A stretch of DNA of 64,000 nucleotides. It comes from an uncultured Prevotellaceae bacterium (lineage in GTDB: Bacteria; Bacteroidota; Bacteroidia; Bacteroidales; Bacteroidaceae). Made by a program: the position numbers and the translations under genes. How positions within the stretch are numbered: the stretch's first letter is position 1; every line of letters begins with the position of its first letter. Below, piece after piece: positions 18,473 to 28,832 of this stretch. The stretch covers positions 1,338-65,337 of the forward strand of contig CACYKA010000007.1 in assembly GCA_902774795.1 (NCBI GenBank), in the 5' to 3' direction. The notes under the pieces were generated by a model that was not told the DNA's origin, ran no database searches, and was given only the letters and a program-made list of their open reading frames with translations.

Positions 18473-20710
18473 CTACTTTATCTTTAACGAAGAGAAATAC
18501 TTACGCAATGTCATAACCTCGATAAGACTTTCTCTCTTTTTATTGGCAAACTGTTCGCACCACTCGTGTGCATGGCGTACAATCTCCTTTGCTTCTTCCG
18601 GATGCTTTTCGTAATACTGAATTTTATCAGGCAAATCAGAATAATCGTCTGCAATCTCTACGTAGTGATAGCCGGCCTTCAAACAACCCTCCATAAACCA
18701 AGTCTCCATCTTCGGCTTCGGCATTACAGCAACGGAATTAGAACTCATTACCCATTTCAGGTTTGAAGCCACATCATTTCCTTCCAAAGCCATGATATAA
18801 CGATATCTCAACTGATCGAATATACTCATCTCATGCTTTTGTCGCCACTCAGGCGGGTTGATTGAGTTCTTAGCAGAATCCTTGGCGTCACATAACGGGT
18901 GATTTGCAAATTGTTGCATGAAAACCTCTCTGTTGGGCTTTCCATGACAAGCGCCACGGAAAAGAGCGATTCCAGACTTCTCCTCCCATGTAAACGGATC
19001 CTTCAAGAAAAGGAAGTGACGTATCTTATCAAGTTTCAGCAATGTATTATTAGCATTGGAGGCATCAGTTGAAATCGGACGACTTTTCGTTACTGACGGG
19101 ACAGAACAGACATAGTTTACGTCTCCTCCTTCCAAGTGCCATAGATAATTTGCAGGGAAATAGCGGAGGGACTCATAACTGTCCATATAATATGTGGTAG
19201 GATAAGTCTTAGCAGATTTTCCATAAATAAAAGCCCCTACCCTCTCAGCCTTTTCCTTGGGGAGAATCGTGCCTTCAGATAATCTACAATAATAGCGAAC
19301 TCTGTCATCCACATATTTCTTTTCTTCCTCAGATAGTTTCTCATATTCCCTTACATATATGGGCAACATCAGGCGCCACAGCCATCGTGGAGTAAGGTAT
19401 CTGAGATATCCCTTTATTATATATAAAAACTTAGCATGTTTATGGGTATGATTCTTGAATGAAATAGCTGAATTCTTCAGTTTTTCCGCCAAGGAAGCTC
19501 TCATTATCTGACCATATACGACAAGTTTCTCCTTACTGTCAAGAATGGAAGAAAAGGCCTTGATACTCTCTTCTGGAAGGAAAAGGCGTGAGTGTGATTT
19601 TGCATCCTCCAAATATGGCATCATCTTGTCTGGGTTCTCAATTACTTGCCGCATTGCCGCAGCCATTGCATCTACATCTCCGACAGGTACCAATATACCG
19701 GACTTGCCACCATTCAGTATCTCACGAGGTCCTACTGGGCAGTCTGTACTGATTGCAAATTTGCCTAATAACAAAGCTTCCGCCAATGCCATGCCAAAGC
19801 CCTCAAACTTAGCGCTATGAACAATAAACTGAGCATTCTTCATCCAAGGATACGGATTTTGGGCAAAACCCATCAATACGACCCTTCCATCAAGGTTCAA
19901 CTCCGAAATCAGATTTGCAAGTTTTTCATGGCTTGCGCCCTCTCCCAAAATCAACAACTTCGGAATACTCTTATCCGCAGCTTCATCTGAAAGCTTTTTA
20001 TATGCCTTTATAAGAGTAGTCAAATCCTTCTGGCTCTCCTCCAAACGCTCTACAGCAAGTATATAAGGCTCGTTTATGCGCTCATCATTTATTGATTCCA
20101 GTGAACGTTTCTTGAGGACTTCCAAATCCAACGCATTATATATTCTCGTAAACTTACGACGAAGACTTGGGAACATCACATTGCCCTCTTCTATCATACC
20201 GTCTGCAATCAATACGATTTTATCGTAACGAGAGAACTTCTCATATAGACGCCACTTGTTAGTATTCGAGTTTTCTATATATTTCTCGATAGAAAAATGG
20301 AACCATGTTATCTTCAGGATATTCTTTGGTAGTGCTGACATACTTGATGAAGCACAGCAGTCAAAATCTACTACCACATCCATATCCTTAGCCAATCGCT
20401 TCAGATTCTTGGTCTTAACATTCCTACGAATAGGATTAAGCACCATCTCATCATATATCGAATACAAAAAACTCTTCTTGTTTTCCAATTTACCTACCTT
20501 GTAGCCCAAGAGTTTACTGTTTTCGACCAGGTAATGAACTTTGACCTGAGGTGGGATACGATTTATGAACACCTCGTGTCCCTCCATACGCATACCAATA
20601 GCAAGCGACACCTCGTAATCTGTATATTTACAGAGATTCTTGAGGTATTCCACCAGAACAGTGTCTATACCGCCATCAAGGAAACGACTTATAACAAATA
20701 ATATCTTCAC
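18473..20710 (-). CDS. Fused GT4 + GT90/LpsA-like glycosyltransferase
   Basis: N-half has GGIDTV and EGFGMALAEA. C-half has LEGNDVASNLKW and ETWFMEG. Confidence 0.8.
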   Translation of the reverse strand: MKILFVISRFLDGGIDTVLVEYLKNLCKYTDYEVSLAIGMRMEGHEVFINRIPPQVKVHYLVENSKLLGYKVGKLENKKSFLYSIYDEMVLNPIRRNVKTKNLKRLAKDMDVVVDFDCCASSSMSALPKNILKITWFHFSIEKYIENSNTNKWRLYEKFSRYDKIVLIADGMIEEGNVMFPSLRRKFTRIYNALDLEVLKKRSLESINDERINEPYILAVERLEESQKDLTTLIKAYKKLSDEAADKSIPKLLILGEGASHEKLANLISELNLDGRVVLMGFAQNPYPWMKNAQFIVHSAKFEGFGMALAEALLLGKFAISTDCPVGPREILNGGKSGILVPVGDVDAMAAAMRQVIENPDKMMPYLEDAKSHSRLFLPEESIKAFSSILDSKEKLVVYGQIMRASLAEKLKNSAISFKNHTHKHAKFLYIIKGYLRYLTPRWLWRLMLPIYVREYEKLSEEEKKYVDDRVRYYCRLSEGTILPKEKAERVGAFIYGKSAKTYPTTYYMDSYESLRYFPANYLWHLEGGDVNYVCSVPSVTKSRPISTDASNANNTLLKLDKIRHFLFLKDPFTWEEKSGIALFRGACHGKPNREVFMQQFANHPLCDAKDSAKNSINPPEWRQKHEMSIFDQLRYRYIMALEGNDVASNLKWVMSSNSVAVMPKPKMETWFMEGCLKAGYHYVEIADDYSDLPDKIQYYEKHPEEAKEIVRHAHEWCEQFANKKRESLIEVMTLRKYFSSLKIK

Positions 20711-20740
20711 GTAAGAAGAATTATGAATTTTACCTTATCT

Positions 20741-21697
20741 TTATTTGTTCATCTGAGAGAGGTTTAACACCTTGTCGATAGTATATAAAATCTTATCAAA
20801 AGTGTTTCCACCATATATATGCGGAAACTTTTCCTTTAGCTCCTTTACATATGTTGTATATGTTGCATCAGAACTATGTCTAAGTGCTTTTTCAATACGT
20901 TTTGTCTGACGTCCTCTGAGACACTTTCTGTTATAAGAACACAAATTCAGAGTATCACTTATGATTGTCTGAATCTCAGCCATCTCTTCAAAATCCATAC
21001 CAGTAATACGCGAGTCATTACTTACTTTCTGTGGATGCTGGCGAAATTTATTCAGCTTTATCGGCACTTCACACACCTTGCCCTGCATGCACATCTCAAA
21101 CCAGAACAGCCAGTCACCACAATGTCTGAATTTTAAATAACGATTCGATATATTATTGAAAAACTTCTTTCTAAAAACCATCATTGATGTATTGTACATC
21201 AAATCCTTATACACCATACGATGCAGGCAGAATTCCCCTCCTTCATAAACTCCAGGAGCTTTATATCGCCAAGTCTCATCCCAAGAGCGGTCAAGAACTT
21301 TACTATCAGGACCTATCATATCACTCCACGTAAAAGCAACCACAGCATCAGGATTAGCCAAAAGACGAGCCATGCACTCTCTTAAGAAAGAAGGTTCTGC
21401 AACATCATCGCTTTCTGCAATCCATATATATTCCCCTTTTGCAAGAGACATTCCTTTCGCCCATTGCTTAAACGTATTGCCCGAGTTACTTTCATTTGCC
21501 ACAAAGCGCACCTCTCTTCCTTTACAACTATACTTGCCTGAGGCATATGCCTGCATAATTTCTGCACTATTGTCTGTAGAACAGTCATCCAGCAATATCA
21601 CCTCAAAATCAGGGTACTCCTGATTCAATACGCTCTCTATGCGTTCCCTCAGATATGGAGCATGATTATATCCTGGTATGATAACAGAAACTAGCAT
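20741..21697 (-). CDS. GT2 glycosyltransferase
   Basis: VSVIIPGYN, DDCSTD and WIAESDD motifs. Confidence 0.88.
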   Translation of the reverse strand: MLVSVIIPGYNHAPYLRERIESVLNQEYPDFEVILLDDCSTDNSAEIMQAYASGKYSCKGREVRFVANESNSGNTFKQWAKGMSLAKGEYIWIAESDDVAEPSFLRECMARLLANPDAVVAFTWSDMIGPDSKVLDRSWDETWRYKAPGVYEGGEFCLHRMVYKDLMYNTSMMVFRKKFFNNISNRYLKFRHCGDWLFWFEMCMQGKVCEVPIKLNKFRQHPQKVSNDSRITGMDFEEMAEIQTIISDTLNLCSYNRKCLRGRQTKRIEKALRHSSDATYTTYVKELKEKFPHIYGGNTFDKILYTIDKVLNLSQMNK

Positions 21698-21802
21698 TGG
21701 TTATACGAATTCTATAATAAACAGGTATATAAATCCTTACTCTAATTTACAAAATTCATAAACATCGGACAAATAAACAGATAGAAGAACTCTCAACAAA
21801 CA

Positions 21803-22978
21803 TTATTTTAATATTTTCTCTATTTCATCAATCTGCATGACAATAGATTTATATTTTGCTTTAAACCTCTTACGCACCCCAAAAAGACTAATCTTATATA
21901 GGAATTTATAAAGTAAACGCTTATTACATAATTTCACTATATCGCCAACTTCTGTTTTTTTCCGCTCCGTAACATTCGCCTTCATCCACAGATAGCATTC
22001 GTTACCAAACGGATTGTCAAAATAATTATATACATCAAGTCTTTCTCTAAAAACTTGTCGTTCTTTATTCGTTATCTTTTCTCCATTTTCGTAAAATGCA
22101 TACTTATATGTTACCTTTCCCAGTTCTTCCTGCCCCATGTCGAACATCATTTTCTCATACATTAAACTCAGGTTCCACACTGGATCACCTTTTTTGGCAA
22201 ACAAAGCTAACATCACCCTATGATCCCCTGAATCAAATCCAGTAAAATGGTAAAATTTTAATGGGCGTCCATTTACTTTCCAACCATCTTTTTCATCACC
22301 TGTCAACTTACGATGTGAGAGGTTCCATGTTGCAACATTGTATTCAGGATCATGAATAATCTTAACAAAATCAAAAAGCGCTGGTGCTATGTCTCCCCAT
22401 TTCTGATCAGTAAACAATCCATGTGGAATATCATCATAACAGAATTCCATAAGTCTGTCATTCCACCAATTCAAGAAGCGGAGGCCATTTTCATCATTTT
22501 TGACAGCAAAGAAACCGAAATTATAAACGCCATGCATTAAAGAGCAAATCTCATCATTCATGACATTCTGTCGAGTTGTAGCAGGTTCCGTCTGGTGTGG
22601 AGTCAGTAATACACTATTAGTATCCAACATGGTGCTAAGTGGAGTAAGGTCATCAAAAACACCTATATCTGGATCCAGATACACAATCTTATCTGTTTCT
22701 GTTTCTTTGAGTATATGTAAAGCAGCCGCACCTTTCACTGCAGTACACAATTCTACCACAGAATGTTCGAAAAACCACTTCTTATTATTATCTGTTTTAA
22801 TAAAATCCTCAGCATACCAAACATAGTCGAAATCTTCTTTATCTATGTTAAAGTCCTCTGGAAGATTATCAGAAACGACAAGATGCATAACAGCATCAGG
22901 ATTACACCTTTTTAAGGTATAAGCTAAAACACGTGCCTTAGGCAGATAGCATGTTGTTATAGACGTAAAAAAATGCAT
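21803..22978 (-). CDS. Putative GT-A fold glycosyltransferase
   Basis: ELCTAVK, YLDPD, DQKW and FYHFTG motifs. Confidence 0.7.
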   Translation of the reverse strand: MHFFTSITTCYLPKARVLAYTLKRCNPDAVMHLVVSDNLPEDFNIDKEDFDYVWYAEDFIKTDNNKKWFFEHSVVELCTAVKGAAALHILKETETDKIVYLDPDIGVFDDLTPLSTMLDTNSVLLTPHQTEPATTRQNVMNDEICSLMHGVYNFGFFAVKNDENGLRFLNWWNDRLMEFCYDDIPHGLFTDQKWGDIAPALFDFVKIIHDPEYNVATWNLSHRKLTGDEKDGWKVNGRPLKFYHFTGFDSGDHRVMLALFAKKGDPVWNLSLMYEKMMFDMGQEELGKVTYKYAFYENGEKITNKERQVFRERLDVYNYFDNPFGNECYLWMKANVTERKKTEVGDIVKLCNKRLLYKFLYKISLFGVRKRFKAKYKSIVMQIDEIEKILK

Positions 22979-22987
22979 AGTATAAAT

Positions 22988-24283
22988 CTATTTATTAAGA
23001 AATTGTTTTATTTTATCAACTATATATTTTGTATTAAAATTTTCCAAAATTAAACCCTTTGAGTATTTGCTTACTCTTTCGTATGGAGCACCAAAATTAA
23101 AACAAGCAATTGGTATATTCATCGACATTGCTTCTGAAGTCGTATATGAGAATGTTTCCGGACAAATCGAGGAAATAAAAATTATATCAATTTTCTCCTT
23201 CTGGATAAGCTTAGGCAAATTATCTGGAGTATATCTACCTGTCACATGTAATTTAGGGTGCGAGACATCAAAAGTACCAATAATCTTAAGATTTATATCA
23301 TTATCATATGATTCTATATAATTGAGCAAATCTAGAACGACACTTCTGCCTTTACAAATCTGCCCCATATCTCCAAGAAAACCAATATTAATGCCTTTGT
23401 GAGAAGGCACTTCCACTGTAGGATATTCTCTCGTTTTGTGTGGAACTATTATTGTCTTATTCTCAAGTTGAGGATATACTGATATAAATAATTTTGAAAC
23501 CTCACTTGAGAAAGCCACAAACTCATCTAATGTAGTACTGAAAAAATCTCCCCAGGCATGTCGCCATTCCGCCAAAGTAGTAGCACCTGAACGTAATATT
23601 CCATTTTCCCAATCAGACTCATGAAATCTTTTTTTACTAAGACAAGTCTCACAGTTTTGGGATTGAAGACGACAATAAGTATCGTTGTAATCAAGCAAAT
23701 AAAAACTAGGACATATACCATGATAGTCATGTGCCCTAAATGACACCTTCGTCTGGCTATGGGCTTCTTTAAACTCCTTAACTTTTTCAAGGATGTCTGT
23801 TGATTTCGGATAGCCAACAAGATTATTAACTATCACTTCAGATATCTTTAGTCCACCCAGAAAATCCCAAATTTCTTGCAATGAAGCAAATACCAGTTTT
23901 TTTTCACCTTCCCTATTTATGCTTGCAAGTTGGTATGAAAGATTGTATGCAAAAAATTGCATGCGAATAAAATTTGTAGAAGAAAGCCCTTCCTCAAAAA
24001 CATTTCGTGAATAGATATCTGTTCCACCACCTAAAGAATGATCTATCCATAACACTGTTCTCTTTTGAGGAGATATAGAATCAATAAAGAGCCGAATAAC
24101 CTCCTGTGAAGTTGGGATATTCTGTATATGTTTTTTATTCTTAAATTTTGCGAATCTTATTCCCAAAATCCACATAGAAACATACACAGAAATCTCTTTT
24201 TTAAAAAGAGTTATTCCACAGAATTTATATTTCCGACATACATAGTTTGGCTTGTGAATCCTTATTTTCTTATAAAACTTCAT
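22988..24283 (-). CDS. Putative GT-B (GT4-like) glycosyltransferase
   Basis: HSLGGGT, HDYHGICP and PETFSYTTSEA motifs. Very AT-rich. Confidence 0.75.
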   Translation of the reverse strand: MKFYKKIRIHKPNYVCRKYKFCGITLFKKEISVYVSMWILGIRFAKFKNKKHIQNIPTSQEVIRLFIDSISPQKRTVLWIDHSLGGGTDIYSRNVFEEGLSSTNFIRMQFFAYNLSYQLASINREGEKKLVFASLQEIWDFLGGLKISEVIVNNLVGYPKSTDILEKVKEFKEAHSQTKVSFRAHDYHGICPSFYLLDYNDTYCRLQSQNCETCLSKKRFHESDWENGILRSGATTLAEWRHAWGDFFSTTLDEFVAFSSEVSKLFISVYPQLENKTIIVPHKTREYPTVEVPSHKGINIGFLGDMGQICKGRSVVLDLLNYIESYDNDINLKIIGTFDVSHPKLHVTGRYTPDNLPKLIQKEKIDIIFISSICPETFSYTTSEAMSMNIPIACFNFGAPYERVSKYSKGLILENFNTKYIVDKIKQFLNK

Positions 24284-24348
24284 TCTTCAATCAATATGAA
24301 AGATTCAAAATATTCACTCTTTTTCTAACATCTTGCACTTCGTTTTTG

Positions 24349-24379
24349 CAAAATTACAAAAAATTACAAAAAAAACAAA
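24349..24379 (-). promoter_or_regulatory. Promoter internal to the glycan locus
   Basis: Minus strand TTTG, 19-nt spacer, TAATTTTG. Confidence 0.6.
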
Positions 24380-24440
24380 TTATTTCGTGAAAAATTAATA
24401 TTTTTATCTTTTTTAGTAAAAAAAAATATACTCCCTATTA

Positions 24441-25865
24441 CTATAATAAATATACATATATCAACAGTGAAATACAAATAGAAAACAAAACACAAGTTAC
24501 AAAAAGAAGTTTACGATAGAATTTATTCCGCTTCACATAATACATTACACGTGCTTCTAATTCTTGATTCTGTATCAACAGTCCCTGTATATGACTATTT
24601 TGGCTTTCTATTTCTCTATCTTTCCGCAAAAGGCTTTCTGAAGCATTATTAAGTTGAGTTTGCAATTCGTTTATAATACTGTAGGTTTTCCTTGTATTTG
24701 TGTAAAAACGATATGTCCTTATGTTCTTTTGATACATATCATCAGAATTCTCTGGTATTAACTTGTAAGGAAAAGCAAGGATATCAACATGAATACTAAT
24801 TACTCTTCCATATAAATCCTGATTATCTTCATATGCTTCATTCCCGTATAAAATAGATATATATTGGCTATCTATATTAGTACAATATTCTTCAAAAGAA
24901 TCTTTCACAAAAACAATGCGATCAGGATCTTTCGACACCATTTCTTCAATGATCATCCGAATATTATCTGATGATACATTTTCTATTACTGCAATTTTAT
25001 GTTTGAAGTTTCCTATTTGCCAAAGTGCAGATTCAATGGTTCTTGCAATTGTATCCTTATTATTATTAGCTAAAATTATTGTTGTTACTGTTGGGCCATC
25101 AAAAGCATCAGAATTTACCTTATAAATATATTTTTCAGCAAAGTTTCTTATTGTATACAAATAGTCAGGATTATATCTTACAGATTTGGAATCCTCTCTA
25201 TACATAACCAGTTTTTTATCTAAGAAACCAATATGATATCCAAGAGAAGTTACATTGATATTAAAAGGATAATCCTCAAGCAATTTGCATTCCTCGTCAT
25301 ATCCGCCAATTTGATTCCATATTCTTCTTTTATATATAAGTGATGCTGCTGGAACAAAATTAGCCTGTAATAAAGCTTTATTTTGTGATGAGGCATCTTG
25401 CAGATTCCTTAATTTATCAATTGATACATTCCAGAAATCTACCATTGCAGAAGCCCCTTCTCCAAAAAGTTCGATATCACTACAAGCTATATCACAACCT
25501 GTTTTATAGCAATAGTTTACGATATCTTCTACATATGTCGGTTTCAGTATATCATCACCTCCCAACACCTTTAACCATTCACCTTCAGCGATACGACAAC
25601 CTCGGTTACAGTTAGAAGAAATACCTGTATTATAAGGTGTTGTAATTAATTCGGCTTTGACAAAACGTTCTTTATTCTGTTTTATCCATTCTTTCACAGA
25701 TTCTACCGTATTATCTGTTGGGGAACAGTCATCTGAAACTATTAGTTCGATATTCTTATATGTCTGTGCTTTTATACTATTAAGAGTCTCAATAATATAA
25801 GGCATAGAATTATAAGTGATAACTACAATTGACACTAACGGGCAACAGGTATTTTCTTTTCTCAT
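24441..25865 (-). CDS. GT2 glycosyltransferase with degenerate second GT2 segment, coiled coil and C-terminal TM
   Basis: LVSIVVITYN, SDDCS and LEDY motifs. Start probably ATG at 25865. Confidence 0.75.
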   Translation of the reverse strand: MRKENTCCPLVSIVVITYNSMPYIIETLNSIKAQTYKNIELIVSDDCSPTDNTVESVKEWIKQNKERFVKAELITTPYNTGISSNCNRGCRIAEGEWLKVLGGDDILKPTYVEDIVNYCYKTGCDIACSDIELFGEGASAMVDFWNVSIDKLRNLQDASSQNKALLQANFVPAASLIYKRRIWNQIGGYDEECKLLEDYPFNINVTSLGYHIGFLDKKLVMYREDSKSVRYNPDYLYTIRNFAEKYIYKVNSDAFDGPTVTTIILANNNKDTIARTIESALWQIGNFKHKIAVIENVSSDNIRMIIEEMVSKDPDRIVFVKDSFEEYCTNIDSQYISILYGNEAYEDNQDLYGRVISIHVDILAFPYKLIPENSDDMYQKNIRTYRFYTNTRKTYSIINELQTQLNNASESLLRKDREIESQNSHIQGLLIQNQELEARVMYYVKRNKFYRKLLFVTCVLFSICISLLIYVYLL

Positions 25866-25912
25866 CGTATAATAATCATTATCTATTTTCAAGTTGAAGT
25901 TAAAATACAATA

Positions 25913-27046
25913 TTACAACATCTGAAACCGATTAACAATCTCCACAGCCCGTGCCACATTCTCTAAATCGATAGCTGGACCGATAGGCAGAGACAGTTCC
26001 TCATCAGCCAAGCGTTCTGTGACAGGCAATGGGAGTTGAGGAATGTTCCATGCCTCCTTACTGTAGCACTCTTGCTTGTGAGGTGGGATTGGGTAGTGGC
26101 ATACTGTCCCCACACCATTTTCTTCGAGATAGTCGTGCAGACGGTCACGATTCTCCTTACCTTTCACAATGATTGGAAAGAGGTGATATACGTTCTGCTC
26201 GTCAGGAAGGAGATCTGGCAGGGTGATGAAAGGATTGTTGATGTGCTCATAGTAGTAGTGAGCAACTTCCTTTCGATGTTGATTATCCTCATTAAGGTAC
26301 TTCAGCTTCACATCCAGTACTGCTGCCTGAATCTCATCGAGACGGCTGTTGCGACCTGCATACTTGAATACATACTTCTTTTGAGATCCATAGTTTGCAA
26401 GCGCACGAATGGCAGCTGCAAGCTCAGGATCGTTGGTAGTAACAGCTCCACCATCACCAAGAGCACCAAGGTTCTTACCAGGATAGAAAGAATGACCCGC
26501 GGCATCACCGATAGAACCGGTTACACGTCCATCGGTATATTTACAACCATGGCTCTGGGCGCAATCTTCAACTAATTTTAAGTTATGCTTCTTGCACAAC
26601 TCACCAATCTTTTCCGTATATGCTATTCTTCCATATAAATGTACTATGGCTATGGCTTTAGTTTTTGGTGTAATCAGCCCTTCGATCAGTTCATCATCAA
26701 CCTCCAAAGTGTTCGCCTTTGGCTCACAAAGTACTGGTACCAGATTATTCTCTGTTATGGCAAGAATAGTAGCAATGTACGTGTTGGCTGGAACTATAAC
26801 CTCATCTCCCGGTTTCATTAGTCCCATCTCTATATATGCACGAAATATCCATATAAGAGCATCCAAGCCATTGGCACAACCAATGGTGTACTTTGTACCG
26901 ACGAACTCTGAATAGTCCTTCTCGAACTTTTCGTTTTCAGCACCTTGAAGGTACCAGCCTCCATTTACAACACGGGTCACAGCCTCGTTAATTTCTGCAC
27001 CATGAAGAGCTGTTACATCCTTTAGTGATAAAAAAGGAATATTCAT
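25913..27046 (-). CDS. fdtB: DegT/DnrJ aminotransferase (FdtB/QdtB-like)
   Basis: [27 protein letters not shown] and NSRLDEIQA motifs. Start MNIPFL at 27046. Confidence 0.85.
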   Translation of the reverse strand: MNIPFLSLKDVTALHGAEINEAVTRVVNGGWYLQGAENEKFEKDYSEFVGTKYTIGCANGLDALIWIFRAYIEMGLMKPGDEVIVPANTYIATILAITENNLVPVLCEPKANTLEVDDELIEGLITPKTKAIAIVHLYGRIAYTEKIGELCKKHNLKLVEDCAQSHGCKYTDGRVTGSIGDAAGHSFYPGKNLGALGDGGAVTTNDPELAAAIRALANYGSQKKYVFKYAGRNSRLDEIQAAVLDVKLKYLNEDNQHRKEVAHYYYEHINNPFITLPDLLPDEQNVYHLFPIIVKGKENRDRLHDYLEENGVGTVCHYPIPPHKQECYSKEAWNIPQLPLPVTERLADEELSLPIGPAIDLENVARAVEIVNRFQML

Positions 27047-27068
27047 ATTTTTCTCTTTATTATTTATT

Positions 27069-27527
27069 TCAAAAATCCACTTTTCTATAAAACCTTGCTG
27101 GATTACCCAACCACACTTCTCCTGCAGGAACGTCTTTGGTAACAACTGATCCCGCTGCAATAAATGCATTTTCTCCTATAGTAATTCCTGGAAGAATCGT
27201 TGAACCTGCTCCAATTGTTGCCCCCCTACAAACTTTCGTTCTTAAAAGTTCCCAATTTTCATTTTTTGATCTTGGAAACTTATCATTTGTAAAAGAAACG
27301 TTAGCACCCACCATAACATTATCCTCCAAGACAATACCATCCCAGATTTGAACTCCACTCTTAATAGTCACATTATTACCTATTACTACTTCATTTTCTA
27401 TTAAGCAGTGAGAACAGATATTACAATTCTCACCAATTATGCATTTGGGGAAAATTACGCAAAACTGCCAAATATTTGTCGAGTTTGGCACGTTTTCATT
27501 CATACAATCAGCTAATTGGTGTATCAT
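27069..27527 (-). CDS. Hexapeptide N-acetyltransferase (WxcM/FdtC/QdtC-like)
   Basis: IWQFCVI and FTNDKFPRS motifs with left-handed beta-helix repeats. Confidence 0.85.
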   Translation of the reverse strand: MIHQLADCMNENVPNSTNIWQFCVIFPKCIIGENCNICSHCLIENEVVIGNNVTIKSGVQIWDGIVLEDNVMVGANVSFTNDKFPRSKNENWELLRTKVCRGATIGAGSTILPGITIGENAFIAAGSVVTKDVPAGEVWLGNPARFYRKVDF

Positions 27528-27567
27528 TTGATAAATGTGATTTAAACGATAAGTTATAATTTTTTAT

Positions 27568-27984
27568 TCATGAGCGGAACTCAAGAAATTCATCATAATC
27601 CCTTATATAGTCTTCTTTCTTGTATATATCACTTGCTAATACCAATGCAACAGCTCCAGAGGAAAAGTCTGTAAGGTCACGCCACATTCCTGGCCTAACA
27701 TAAAGTCCTTGATAAGGTCTATTCAGAAAGAAACTGCGCTTACATTTCCCATCATCAAGTGTAACAGTAAATGAACCGCTGGCTGCAACGATTAATTGTT
27801 CCAAATCCTTATGGGCATGCGAGCCACGATCATCGCCCCCAGGAACATCATACAGGTAATATACACGTTTAACGTCAAACGGAAGAGTTACCCCATTCTC
27901 TACCACAGAAAGATTACCTTTACGATCGCTATGATGACGGTTAAGTTCTATTATTGAGCAATCAAAAACATTATATTTTTCCAT
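27568..27984 (-). CDS. fdtA: FdtA/QdtA cupin sugar 3,4-ketoisomerase
   Basis: RVYYLYDVP, RGSHAH and DYIRDY motifs. Confidence 0.85.
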   Translation of the reverse strand: MEKYNVFDCSIIELNRHHSDRKGNLSVVENGVTLPFDVKRVYYLYDVPGGDDRGSHAHKDLEQLIVAASGSFTVTLDDGKCKRSFFLNRPYQGLYVRPGMWRDLTDFSSGAVALVLASDIYKKEDYIRDYDEFLEFRS

Positions 27985-28390
27985 TCTCCTTCAATGTTAG
28001 ATATTCTTGATAATCACGAATATAGTCATTTACATCATAATGTAGAGAACCAAATTCCAATGCTAAAGAATTGGTAGAAAAATTTTCCATCTCACGCCAC
28101 AACCCTGATGGAACATATAGGCCATAATAAGAACGGCTCAAAGTAAACTTCTTCTTTATATTTCCATCATCAACGACCACATCGAATGCGCCCGAAAGAG
28201 CCACAATAAATTCTTGATTCTGTTTGAAGGCATGTCCACCTCTCACCTCACCACCAGGAACATCATATATCCAGTATGTTCGCTTTATCTCAAATGGAAT
28301 ATGATTCAGCTGCTCGATGAATGAAAGATTCCCACGTGGATCATTAAATCGAGGGAGTTCAATAAGTCTTACATCTTGAATACTTGACAT
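27971..28390 (-). CDS. FdtA/QdtA-like cupin paralog (RGGHAF)
   Basis: DPRGNL, RGGHAF and DYIRDY motifs. Confidence 0.8.
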   Translation of the reverse strand: MSSIQDVRLIELPRFNDPRGNLSFIEQLNHIPFEIKRTYWIYDVPGGEVRGGHAFKQNQEFIVALSGAFDVVVDDGNIKKKFTLSRSYYGLYVPSGLWREMENFSTNSLALEFGSLHYDVNDYIRDYQEYLTLKENGKI

Positions 28391-28648
28391 ATTGCGTATT
28401 TTAAATTAAAATATACTCTTTTTACACCACAGGACAATTCTCTATCTATCTCGTCCAGATATTATATGCGACCAAACAATCGCATTGGGGTATCAGCAGT
28501 TTTTACACTTTTTGCTTTTCCTCTTTTTGGAGTTCTTTAACTTTGACAACCACTTCTACTACGAATATAGCATGGGTGCAAATTTACAAAATAGTTTTCA
28601 TATCTACAAGGAAATACCATAAAATAAACAAAAAAGCCTGAAAAACTT

Positions 28649-28679
28649 TTTGTTATGTCAAAACATTTTTTTATTTTTG
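28649..28679 (+). promoter_or_regulatory. Promoter of the HU-like gene
   Basis: TTTG, 19-nt spacer, TATTTTTG. A divergent -7 box TAAATTTG lies at 28579-28586 on the minus strand. Confidence 0.7.
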
Positions 28680-28688
28680 CAGGCAGAA

Positions 28689-28782
28689 ATTTTATGTTTC
28701 CGCTGCAAGAACTACTGTATGCGGTGCAGAAACTACTGTACGCGATGCGAGAACATATGTTCGCGGTGCGGAAACATAAAAT
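28689..28782 (+). repeat. Perfect 15-bp inverted repeat enclosing 21-bp tandem units
   Basis: attttatgtttccgc/gcggaaacataaaat. Units start at 28704, 28725, 28746 and 28767. Confidence 0.9.
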
Positions 28783-28832
28783 ATATAGGGTGAGAGAAAA
28801 ATTTTAATAACGACTAAAATAAAAAAGGAACT

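Noticed and set aside
28391-28575. Long leader before the fdt genes as an ops/JUMPstart element or small ORF
   Set aside because: No recognisable motif and no credible ORF.
28689-28782. Invertible promoter (Bacteroides-type phase variation)
   Set aside because: The -33/-7 boxes lie outside the inverted repeats and no recombinase is nearby. Kept only as a structured leader.
28704-28782. Mini CRISPR array (also considered for 51212-51283 and 4223-4265)
   Set aside because: The units are contiguous with no unique spacers, and there are no cas genes.
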